64,000 bases of DNA from Klebsormidium nitens (Eukaryota; Plantae; Klebsormidiophyceae). The position numbers and the translations under genes were made by a program. The notes under the pieces are model-generated. The model searched no databases. It was not told the DNA's origin and worked only from the letters and a program-made list of their open reading frames with translations. Every line of letters starts with the position of its first letter. Position 1 is the stretch's first letter. The DNA is taken from contig DF237130.1 in assembly GCA_000708835.1 (NCBI GenBank), positions 1 through 64,000 on the forward strand, given 5' to 3'. Shown piece by piece: positions 8,650 through 18,047 of this stretch.

Positions 8650-9685
8650 AACATCGAGCTAGGGCTGCTCGATGAGTGCCCCATATACGAGAACATCTGC
8701 GACCTTAAGGGGTCAACGGATGCGAACATGGTCTGCGGGGGGTTCCCATGCGTAGGATACAGCCCGCTCGGGCTCTCCAAGGGCTTCGAACAACCGGGAA
8801 CCAAGCTCTTCTACGAGATGCTGCGCGTGGTGGACGAGTGCAAGGCGGAAATCGTCTTCCTGGAGAACGTTCCCAACATCGTAGCGCACGGTATGACGGA
8901 GATAGCTTATCAGCTCCACGAATTGCGTGGGTTCGACCTCAGGTGGATCGTCCTGCCTGCCTCGTCAGTCGGGGCCCACCACAAGCGGAACAGATGGTTC
9001 GCCCTGGCGACGAAGCCCGGCCTCAAGAAGGATTGGTCCGGCTTACAGTACCAAAACCACAACTTCGACCCCAAAGACTCCCCTCCGCGAATGGTACTCA
9101 GAGGAGACCCCGCGTGGGCCACCAGATCAACCAGATGCGCCCTGCTCGGGAACTCCGTCGTCCCCGACGTCGTGAGAAAGGCATTCTTCATCCTCGCGAG
9201 CGGCTTTCGGGACGCCGACCAGACGGCGGCCACTCTTCGCCTTCAGGAACCGGACGCCTCCCGCCTCAGGGTACTCGACGAGACAGCGCGAGCATTTGCG
9301 TGGCCCGCATGGGGTACCGTAGACGCTTACAGAGTCTGCTCAGCAGAGCCGATACGGTTTGCTAATCCCGACCTCCGGCTCGTCCTCTTTCAGGACCTCA
9401 AAAAGGTCATACCGTCCTCGCGGGTCACCACGGAGATCATCAGCGTCTACAAACTACGCTCCTGGTCGACACCTCGCTTCGGGAATACGGGCTCTTCAAA
9501 CACCTTGACTGTGAGAAGTGCGCGCGACCTGCCCTCGCAGCTCCGGTTCGAGGTGAACACCCCCGAACATCTCCGGCAGGGTCAGATGTCACCCGACTGG
9601 ATCGAAGCACACTTGATGGGCTACCCAGCCGGTTGGACCGACCCCAGCGTTTGCTGTGGCTGAAATGAAATGACACCTACCATCA

Positions 9686-10062
9686 ATGGCTGCCGTCAAT
9701 TGGAAAGCCAATCCGAGCAAGAAGTTGATGCAAATCGACATCAGCGTGAAACTCATTGACCCCTGCGAGGCAGCAGAATTCACCTCTGCAATCAGGAACG
9801 CCGGAGAGGAGGCTATATATCGCAAGTCGAAGAACGAGGTGGACCGAGTGGTAGTCGTTCTCGACGTCGCGGGTCGGTCGGGTGCGACTTTGCCTCGTTC
9901 AAGGCCCTGAGCGTGCTCTTTGATGAGAAGGACTACCGCTTCGTGGACGTCATTACCCGAGTTTTCATCATCAACGCCGACGATGCCCTCCGCACGGCAT
10001 GGTACCTTGCCAGCTCCGTGCCCCCGGCCAATCAGTTTGCACAGCTGATCACGCTCTTGTAA
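9686..10062 (+). pseudogene. Frameshifted small ORF, possibly CRAL-TRIO/Sec14-like
   Basis: ...RVVVVLDVAG in one frame continues as GCDFASFKALSVLF...ITRVFIINAD...W in another. The shift is near 9870-9885. Confidence 0.4.
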
Positions 10063-10066
10063 CGCT

Positions 10067-10564
10067 TCACACACGGCGAAAACCTGGCGACAAGAGCATC
10101 GCAAACGAGCCCGCAAAGTCTGTGTAGAACTGCTCACCCTCGTCCCCATCGTCCCACTGGATGTGTGGTGCGGCCCTAAACGATTCCACCAACTCTTGCA
10201 GGACATCTTGTGTCGTCCAATCAACGAGACTCCCGTCCGCGTTGTATACCCGACCATCGTCCGGTGCCGTATCCTCGAGACTGAGCTCGATGCCTGGGAC
10301 TTTTCGGCAGACGGGGCACTCTCGCTTGCGTTTCAACCAGAGCATGATGCATGCCCTGCAGAAACAGTGCGAGCATTTGAGTCGCAGGCTATCGAGGGCC
10401 ATTCTGAACAGACAGATCGGACATCGGTCCTCGTCGTGCTCGGTGAGGTCGTCATGCGAGACGAAAAGGCTCTCAGGCATGTGCCTCCAACACCAATGCG
10501 CATCGTGTTTGACCCTGTTACGGCACTTTTTGGACTTCCTCGTCTCAGCAGAGCACTTTTGCAT
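10067..10564 (-). CDS. RING-finger (C3HC4) E3 ligase-like protein, 165 aa
   Basis: CPIC...CSHCFCRAC...W...CPVC, plus an N-terminal C-x9-C...CWRH motif. Confidence 0.85.
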   Translation of the reverse strand: MQKCSAETRKSKKCRNRVKHDAHWCWRHMPESLFVSHDDLTEHDEDRCPICLFRMALDSLRLKCSHCFCRACIMLWLKRKRECPVCRKVPGIELSLEDTAPDDGRVYNADGSLVDWTTQDVLQELVESFRAAPHIQWDDGDEGEQFYTDFAGSFAMLLSPGFRRV

Positions 10565-10643
10565 GATTCATGATTAAGCTATACTTTTTTTTCAACGTGG
10601 AATCCCTCGCTCTTGTTTAAAAAAACCTTTGCTTATAGTAGCA

Positions 10644-10892
10644 ATGACGCGACCGGGTTCGATGGCGGATGGTCGTTCGTTTGGGCTCCTCCCGTACCAA
10701 TCTCCTGGCAATTTGAACTCAGCAACAATGGCACAATTCCGTGCGACTGACGGAGCACAGTACCGAGAAACTATCAATCAATCAGGTTATTCATTGATTG
10801 AGTTCAACCGCGCAATCACTGCGGCCAACCGCGACGTCACATCGCAATGCTCTGGGGTGGCCCCGGGCAAGGTCATACGGCCTTACTCGTAG
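10644..10892 (+). CDS. Small hypothetical protein (MADGRSF motif, reminiscent of small conserved NCLDV ORFs)
   Basis: Fills the space between the RING and EsV-1-7 genes. The family resemblance is from memory only. Confidence 0.35.
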   Translation: MTRPGSMADGRSFGLLPYQSPGNLNSATMAQFRATDGAQYRETINQSGYSLIEFNRAITAANRDVTSQCSGVAPGKVIRPYS

Positions 10893-10946
10893 CGCGGTGC
10901 GCGTATAATTTGCAGCACTTATTTCCGGCCCCCAGCGTAGAGTACC

Positions 10947-11998
10947 ATGCCCCCCAGAGTGAGATCCCCAAAGAAGGTCAAGGAAGCGGTGACCAAGCCA
11001 GCCAGAGGCACCAAGTTTTGCAATGTCAAGGGTTGCCCTAGGCGGAGGTCTATATACGGACTCATCGGAGGTCGGCCGATGAGGTGCAAGATACACAGGG
11101 ACCCCAAGATGATTAACGTGGTGCCAAGCAAGCGCTGCGAGGATCCCAAGTGCGATCTCTTTGCCAGTTTTGGCATCGCGGGGGGTAAGAAGACACACTG
11201 CAGCATCCACAAGCCACCGGAGATGGTCAACGTATCGTGTCAGAAGTGCATCGAGCCAGGAGGCTGCCCGCGCCAGCCCTCCTTCGGCACCGAGGGCGGA
11301 AGGGCACTCTACTGCGCCGTGCACAAGAAGGACGGCATGTTGGACGTCCACAACAGCAAGTGCGACGAGGAGGGATGCCCAAACCGACCATCTTTCGGCC
11401 TGGAGAAGGGCAAGCCCACCCACTGCGACGAGCACAAGCCACCCGGCGCTGAGAACGTCTCGGGCCGGAGGTGCGCTCGGGAGGGGTGTCCTATTCTAAG
11501 CCCAAGCTTCGGGCCACCGGGCAAAACGGGCACTCATTGCGTCACCCACAAGCTACCCGGCCAAGTCTCGGATCGGGAGAACCCGTGCTTGCGCTGCGGC
11601 CTCTCATATCAGATTCGCAAGGGCGGATTGTGCCGCAACTGCGACCCGGCCGTCCAGAGAAACAAGAACCTCCGAGAGGAGAAGATCAAGACGTTCCTGG
11701 GCGCACGGGCCTCCCCGTCCATTTCATCCGCTACAACCCCGACTCCTTCTCCATCGACGGGAAGAAGGTCAGGCTGGGCGAGAAGAGGCGCCATGCCCTG
11801 CTGGAGAGGGAGCTGAGGAGCGCCCTCTCTCAGGCGCCCGAGGAGGGCGAGATGGTCCGCATCGTCCACCTCTTCTACAGCCGCGAGGGGCCCTTCGAGA
11901 AGCCCGAGGACGGTTTCGTGGTGGAAGATACCGCGATCATAGCCGCACGATTCGATGAGCTCATGCGGGAGGGAGTCATCAGGACCGTTGATTTTTGA
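10947..11998 (+). pseudogene. EsV-1-7 Cys/His-repeat protein with truncated C-terminal nuclease-like domain; frameshift near 11700
   Basis: Five C-x3/4-C...(S)FG...C-x2-H repeats, then CxxC..CxxC. The reading continues in another frame as GLPVHFIRYNPDSF...HLFY...IRTVDF. Confidence 0.75.
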
Positions 11999-12075
11999 AC
12001 GTTTCAATCACGTTTGACTCGAGTGTATATCTAAGGACAAGAAGTCCTACATACATTTTCATTCCAACGTCCATC

Positions 12076-13044
12076 ATGGATTCGATCTTATGCGTCGCGT
12101 GTGGCGTAGCAGCCCTGGTCGTAGACCATCGCGCTGGGGAAATAATATGCTCCTCCTGCGGAGCTGTTCAGCGTGACAGGCTCACAGCTGCCAACGTTGA
12201 GGTCGACTTTTTCCACTCGACTGGCGAAGAGGCTGTGATCGAAGGCATCGAAGCACCTAACCACAGAGAACCTGCAGCTTGGTTCAACCCTGTCGATTGG
12301 TCTGAGAGCAGCACCCCAAACCTCCCAGCCCTCTGCCAGCCGGCAGCCGACAAGCGGCCCCCGCAGGTAGCAAGCTCGAATAGGATTCCAGACGGAGAGG
12401 TCGTGACCGAGGAGCTGAGCTGGATCACGATCCTCATCGAAGCGATAGGCCTCTCTGAGGAAGTGGAGGCAACGGCGGTCACACACTACAGGCTGTTCCT
12501 CTCCAAGCGGCTCCAGCGCGGTAAGAGTCGGCGGGGGACCGTTATGGCCGCAATCTTTCACGCGTGTCAGCAGCACGGGGCCACCAGGACAGCTCGAGAG
12601 CTGGGGATCATCTCCGGCGTCCCTATGAGCGATATCAAGCGGGCCTGCAAGCATACCACACCCTTCATCGAGACGGTGGGCACCGGCCAGATCGAGAGGC
12701 GGTCCGTGAGGGCTGACGACATCCTGTCCCGCTACTGTCGGCGGGCGATGGTTGGGAAAGACCCCAAAGATGCCAGGAACCTGCTCCAGGAGAGCCGCAA
12801 GCTGTTGCTGGGGTCCAAGAGGGCTCTGAAGGGCCTCCAAGGGAAGGCGCCGACCACCATAGTCTGTGTCGTACTGTGGAAGGCCGCTCAGCAGCTTCAA
12901 TTGTCCCTCAGTAAATCAGAGATCGCAAAGAGGTGTAGCGTAGCGATAGGAACTATCACGAAGACGACCCTCCTGTACGAGCATCAGATGCAGAGCAGCC
13001 CACATGATGACAGAGCGGACCAGCTCCTAGAGCTCGTCATGTGA
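12076..13044 (+). CDS. Transcription initiation factor IIB (viral-type, intronless), 322 aa
   Basis: N-terminal Zn ribbon CVAC...GEIICSSCGAV and two cyclin-fold repeats (QRGKSR...MAAIFHAC, GKAPTTI...EIAKRCSVAIGTI). Confidence 0.85.
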   Translation: MDSILCVACGVAALVVDHRAGEIICSSCGAVQRDRLTAANVEVDFFHSTGEEAVIEGIEAPNHREPAAWFNPVDWSESSTPNLPALCQPAADKRPPQVASSNRIPDGEVVTEELSWITILIEAIGLSEEVEATAVTHYRLFLSKRLQRGKSRRGTVMAAIFHACQQHGATRTARELGIISGVPMSDIKRACKHTTPFIETVGTGQIERRSVRADDILSRYCRRAMVGKDPKDARNLLQESRKLLLGSKRALKGLQGKAPTTIVCVVLWKAAQQLQLSLSKSEIAKRCSVAIGTITKTTLLYEHQMQSSPHDDRADQLLELVM

Positions 13045-13073
13045 GCTGTGCTAGGACCAGAAATCGCGTGAGG

Positions 13074-13674
13074 ATGTTTATATTGACTCATATCATGGAC
13101 TCGCCCAGGTTGTTTGCAACTGTCACCGTCATTGCAATTGTTGCATGCCTCTTTTGCATGCATGGCAATGATATGGAGTTTTTCAATCAGCCGCCAATCA
13201 AAACCCCAATGAAACAGCAGCCTCCGCCCCCCCAATCAAGGTCCCACCACCTCCCCCGATCAGAGCCCCGCCACCCCCTCTGCAAAGAGCCCCGCCTCCT
13301 CCACCGCAAAGAGCCCCGCCTCCTCCCCCTCCACCTCCACCGCAAAGAGCCCCGCCTCCTCCCCCCCAAAGGGTCCCGCCTCCTCCGCCCCCCCAACGAG
13401 CTCTTCCACCTCCGCCCCAAAGACCTCCTCCTCCACCTCAAAGGGCCCCTCCTCCACCAACGCCACAACGCACGGCCCCGCCTCCCCCAAACAGAGCCCC
13501 TCTGCCTCCTCCGCCTAAAAGGCCTCCACCTGTTCCCCAAAAGGCCCCTCCTCCGCCTCAACGGGTCCCTCCTCCGCCGCAGCGGGCGCCCCCTGCTCCC
13601 CAAAAATCACCCGCCCCGCAACGAGCCCCACCTCCACCCCCAAAGGCTCCAATTCCGCAACGAGCCCCCGCCCC
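13074..13674 (+). pseudogene. Membrane/secreted proline-rich (PPPPQRA)n protein with a 1-bp frameshift; runs into a gap
   Basis: Hydrophobic N-terminus LFATVTVIAIVACLFC. Adding one C to the C7 run at 13227-13233 gives PPPPPIKVPPPPPIRAPPP...PQRA repeats. Confidence 0.6.
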
Positions 13675-14383
13675 NNNNNNNNNNNNNNNNNNNNNNNNNN
13701 NNNNNNNNNNNNNNNNNNNNNNNNNNNNNNNNNNNNNNNNNNNNNNNNNNNNNNNNNNNNNNNNNNNNNNNNNNNNNNNNNNNNNNNNNNNNNNNNNNNN
13801 NNNNNNNNNNNNNNNNNNNNNNNNNNNNNNNNNNNNNNNNNNNNNNNNNNNNNNNNNNNNNNNNNNNNNNNNNNNNNNNNNNNNNNNNNNNNNNNNNNNN
13901 NNNNNNNNNNNNNNNNNNNNNNNNNNNNNNNNNNNNNNNNNNNNNNNNNNNNNNNNNNNNNNNNNNNNNNNNNNNNNNNNNNNNNNNNNNNNNNNNNNNN
14001 NNNNNNNNNNNNNNNNNNNNNNNNNNNNNNNNNNNNNNNNNNNNNNNNNNNNNNNNNNNNNNNNNNNNNNNNNNNNNNNNNNNNNNNNNNNNNNNNNNNN
14101 NNNNNNNNNNNNNNNNNNNNNNNNNNNNNNNNNNNNNNNNNNNNNNNNNNNNNNNNNNNNNNNNNNNNNNNNNNNNNNNNNNNNNNNNNNNNNNNNNNNN
14201 NNNNNNNNNNNNNNNNNNNNNNNNNNNNNNNNNNNNNNNNNNNNNNNNNNNNNNNNNNNNNNNNNNNNNNNNNNNNNNNNNNNNNNNNNNNNNNNNNNNN
14301 NNNNNNNNNNNNNNNNNNNNNNNNNNNNNNNNNNNNNNNNNNNNNNNNNNNNNNNNNNNNNNNNNNNNNNNNNNNNNNNNNNN
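13675..14383. other. Assembly gap at the right edge of the viral segment
   Basis: Run of N. Confidence 1.
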
Positions 14384-15226
14384 TTATGCAATCAAGTATG
14401 AGTTTCTCGGTCCACTGGCAGCGTCCAGCATCCAGCAGCTAGCGTCCATGCAGGACAATTGAAGCTGCTCTTGCTGGCTACCACAACAACTTGATACTTT
14501 GGGCAGCCTTTGAATCGCTGAAAGCTATTGCAGACGACTGCTAAAAAATGCTATTGGATGCAGTTGCCACTTACAAACCTGGAATGTAATGCTTGTAGTC
14601 TACACTCACATGAAAAATGACATCCGCTCATTTGGCTATACGCAGCAGTTATCAAACCTGCAGGGCAATCAGAAACTGGAGGAGTTATACTCTGCAGACT
14701 TTTTGCTGGACAACGCCAGAATTTGCAACGATCATGAACGTGGACTGAAAGCTATATCTTTCTTTCCGCTAAAGTGCAGAGGCAAGAAACGGCTGATGTT
14801 CAGGGTTATTTCTGCCAAAGCTCAATAACATTCGTGACAAATCTGCAATTGGCTTTGTTCTGTCGCAACGACTCTGAACAAAACCTGCCTGCTGGAAGCA
14901 CTGCAAGCACCTATCCTGAGGCATCAAGAGCTGCGGAGAAGATGTACTTGCGCGGGAGTAATGCTCTATGCTTGAAACCTACAACAAACTGGCAGGTTCT
15001 CTGGGATACTGCGGAGCAAGTATCCAACTGCAGGGCGTGCCAAGCTAGCTAGCAGACTGAGTCCTAAGATGCCAAAATGCAGAATAGAATTGATGCCGCT
15101 GAAAACATTCTCAAAGACAGCGGTCGATTGGGTTCATTCTGAAGCTGTACGTGCATCATGCGGATACCCAACGTGAAGGCTCAATTGCCAAACCAAAGAG
15201 CTTGAAGCTATGCTGTGACGGCGGGG

Positions 15227-15389
15227 NNNNNNNNNNNNNNNNNNNNNNNNNNNNNNNNNNNNNNNNNNNNNNNNNNNNNNNNNNNNNNNNNNNNNNNNNN
15301 NNNNNNNNNNNNNNNNNNNNNNNNNNNNNNNNNNNNNNNNNNNNNNNNNNNNNNNNNNNNNNNNNNNNNNNNNNNNNNNNNNNNNNNNN
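15227..15389. other. Assembly gap
   Basis: Run of N. Confidence 1.
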
Positions 15390-15528
15390 AAAGAACGCTA
15401 TCTTAGCCACACACGTAGAGAACGACACGCTGTCACGATAAGCTTCACAAGTCGAGACAGAAAGCGTGGTCACGGCAACATGACGTGACGAGATTTGCAT
15501 GGACAGCAAATATCTACGTGTACAGATA

Positions 15529-17451
15529 TAGGGGCCCGGTAATCACGTCCACACGGGAAATCGTGGACATTGCCAACCTCAGGCACGAGCTACCGGCTAT
15601 TATAATGCTCATTTTCACGATTTCGATGGGTGAGCGTACATTTATAGTCTGACCGGACTGACTGACTGACTGCCTAACCGGTTCGCCTTGTCGCCCAGAC
15701 TAGCCTGACTGATGCCCGGTTCACATGCGTCCAGTTTTGCTCAGTTTTGCTTGGTTTTGCCAAATATGTCCGACGTGGCAGCTCCGTAATCAGCGGGACG
15801 CATATGAACACCACTTTCGAAAACCGAGCAAAACCGAGCTCGGTATTTGCCGAGTATCCGAAAACTGGCCAAAACTCGCTGAAACTCGACCGCATTTCAA
15901 AGCTGCGTATTTGTCAAAACCGAACGCGGTCGACGGAGGCCGCGTTTTGAAAGATGAAAACGCGGCCCATTTTGCCGAGTTTTCGCCGGTTTCGGCAAAC
16001 TTTGAAAACGCATGTGAACCGGGCATGACTGACCAAAACCTAACCAAAACTCACGGCCCGTGCCTCGGGCCTTCTCCTCGCTGACCACCCCTGACTGACT
16101 GACCGCCTAACCGGCCGCACTTGGCGCCAGTGATAGCCGTAGGGCTACCGCCCGGTCCGACAGTCCAGTGAAATGTACTGGTATACTGCCGCGTGCACTG
16201 CAACTGCTACACGGACCACGGTACAACCGGCCCAGGGAGCCCTGGCCTCCGAATTGTGTACTGTAGCTGTAGTATGTAGTATGTACCGGCGGCCGGCACA
16301 CCCATCGTAAATGTGTACGGTATTTACGTACAGTACCTTTCGAAACGCGGTACCGGTATACCTATATACCTATACCTTACCAAATGAGTACGGTACCTGC
16401 ATGGTGCAAGTCAGCACAGGTACCGTACTGGGTAATGGCAGGTGCTGTACCTTCCGCTTAAAATTACCAGTACCGGTACATACCCAGACGGCTAGCTAGG
16501 TACGGTAGTCGTTGAGTACCGTATGTACTGATCAGTGCAATAATACTGACGGTGGGAAGGGGGGGTAGGCAGGCGGGGGCCGAAGGCCGGGGTGGTCCTG
16601 CTTGGGACACACCCCTTACACGAGCTAAAGGTGAATACCACGAATATATACTAACAAATTCATGCCCGGGTGACGGGTGGGGTTTGCCTGGTGGTTAGGG
16701 TGGGTTGGGTTGCGGATTGGTTCAGCATTTACGTTAGGTGTTTTAGTTAGGCCGTTCACCCGAGTAGGTATATTAATTTGAAAACGAAAAAGTAAATTTG
16801 GAATGAAGTTCACGGAATCAAGTCCCCTGATATGTACCGTACTGTAGTCGGGCACATGCAAAGTAGTCTGTGCGCGCAACCGGGCAGTAAATACGCCCCC
16901 TGAATTTCAAAGGCAGCCTCCTTCAATTGGACGTACCGGTACCCGGTTGGCCTCCAAGATTTGCATACAGTACATGCAGTATGGCGTACCTACCGGTATA
17001 CTGAACTTTAACCGGTAGGTACAGTACCTAGTAAGGTACTATTAAGTGTAGTCAATCGGTCAGTCAGTCAGCGTGGGGGGAACCATCGAAGGTTGAGCGG
17101 TCAGCTGATTAGTTAGTCAGGCTGGTTAGACTAAGAGTGCTGCAGTGTGTCGGTCAGTCGGTTAGTCAGTCAGGCTGGTTAGGCATGAAGTACGTGACAG
17201 GCGGGTAGTCAGGCGGTCAGTCAGTCAGGTCGGTCAGGCCGGGTAGGGACAACGGAAGTGGTCAGGAAATCAGTCAGTCAGGTTGGTCAGGCGGGGGAGA
17301 GACAACCGAGTAGTCAGGCAGTCAGTCAGTCAGGTCGGTTAGCGGGATGGTCCAACAACTGTGCAAGCACCTCTGTACAGACGGGTGTAGGTACATGGGA
17401 GTGTACAAAATGTCCATAATTTCCCGCGTGGACGGGATTATCGTGCCAGTA
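15529..17451. mobile_element. Non-autonomous hAT-like DNA transposon (1923 bp)
   Basis: Imperfect 43-bp TIRs (15529-15571 and 17409-17451, 35/43 identical, left end TAGGGG). 8-bp TSD TACAGATA at 15521-15528 and 17452-17459. Mirror-oriented CTGAC/GTCAG subterminal arrays. No transposase. Confidence 0.75.
15713..16025. mobile_element. Nested MITE (313 bp), Tourist/Harbinger-like
   Basis: Perfect TIR TGCCCGGTTCACATGCGT / ACGCATGTGAACCGGGCA, flanked by TGA...TGA (also GACTG...GACTG). Confidence 0.7.
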
Positions 17452-17695
17452 TACAGATAGGAGAAGCGGCGAACAGCTAAAGATCCTATCTTCTTGTCTT
17501 ACATGGTAATGTTACCTGCTTGACAAGACAACATCAGCATCCAGGGGAGACTGATCACGGATGGAATAGCTCTGCCATAAGATTCCTCCTTGCATAGACG
17601 GATAATCCGTTACTGAGTGCAAGCCTGATCCTAAGGGGTCGCGTCAAATACGACAGAAAGTCGAAGCTTTGACAAGACGTCCTCCTTCAGAGAAC

Positions 17696-18047
17696 NNNNN
17701 NNNNNNNNNNNNNNNNNNNNNNNNNNNNNNNNNNNNNNNNNNNNNNNNNNNNNNNNNNNNNNNNNNNNNNNNNNNNNNNNNNNNNNNNNNNNNNNNNNNN
17801 NNNNNNNNNNNNNNNNNNNNNNNNNNNNNNNNNNNNNNNNNNNNNNNNNNNNNNNNNNNNNNNNNNNNNNNNNNNNNNNNNNNNNNNNNNNNNNNNNNNN
17901 NNNNNNNNNNNNNNNNNNNNNNNNNNNNNNNNNNNNNNNNNNNNNNNNNNNNNNNNNNNNNNNNNNNNNNNNNNNNNNNNNNNNNNNNNNNNNNNNNNNN
18001 NNNNNNNNNNNNNNNNNNNNNNNNNNNNNNNNNNNNNNNNNNNNNNN
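17696..18047. other. Assembly gap
   Basis: Run of N. Confidence 1.

Larger units (their letters stand above)
7389..9663 (+). pseudogene. C5-cytosine DNA methyltransferase (chlorovirus-like) disrupted by an insertion; 378 aa when reconstituted (7389-7516 + 8655-9663)
   Basis: Motif I DVFSGIGGF, IV GGFPC, VI FLENV, VIII HKRNRWF, X LLGNSV, and terminal WIEAHLMGYPAGWT. The two halves join in frame as VLRKNI-ELGLLDECPIYENI. Confidence 0.88.
184..13674. mobile_element. Endogenous giant-virus (NCLDV, phycodnavirus-like) segment; left end probably outside the window, right end runs into a gap
   Basis: Dense cluster of mostly single-exon ORFs typical of NCLDVs (stand-alone AEP primase, D5-like SF3 helicase, C5 methyltransferase, EsV-1-7 repeats, TFIIB, RING). 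It contrasts with the intron-rich genes after 19 kb. Confidence 0.85.

Noticed and set aside
7242-8675. Long ORFs spanning N runs (also 13041-14462, 15151-15509 and 17644-18144)
   Set aside because: They are artefacts of translating gaps.
9669-9675. AATGACA (chlorovirus early-promoter motif) 11 bp before ATG 9686, and CAAATTGA near 5349
   Set aside because: Several chance hits of a 7-mer are expected in 64 kb, and it also occurs in host regions (about 14614 and 35096).
1-14383. Contaminating free-virus contig mis-scaffolded onto the host
   Set aside because: This is disfavoured by the TG...CA insertion with TSD, the intron and the pseudogenising lesions. It is not fully excluded, because the junction lies in a gap.
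14384-15226. Short ORFs after the gap as further viral or TE genes
   Set aside because: They have many stops and no recognisable motif, and could not be assigned.
17055-17340. CAGTCAGTCAGG repeats with variable spacers resembling a CRISPR array
   Set aside because: The units are short, degenerate and irregularly spaced. There are no cas genes and the context is eukaryotic. They are explained as transposon subterminal repeats.
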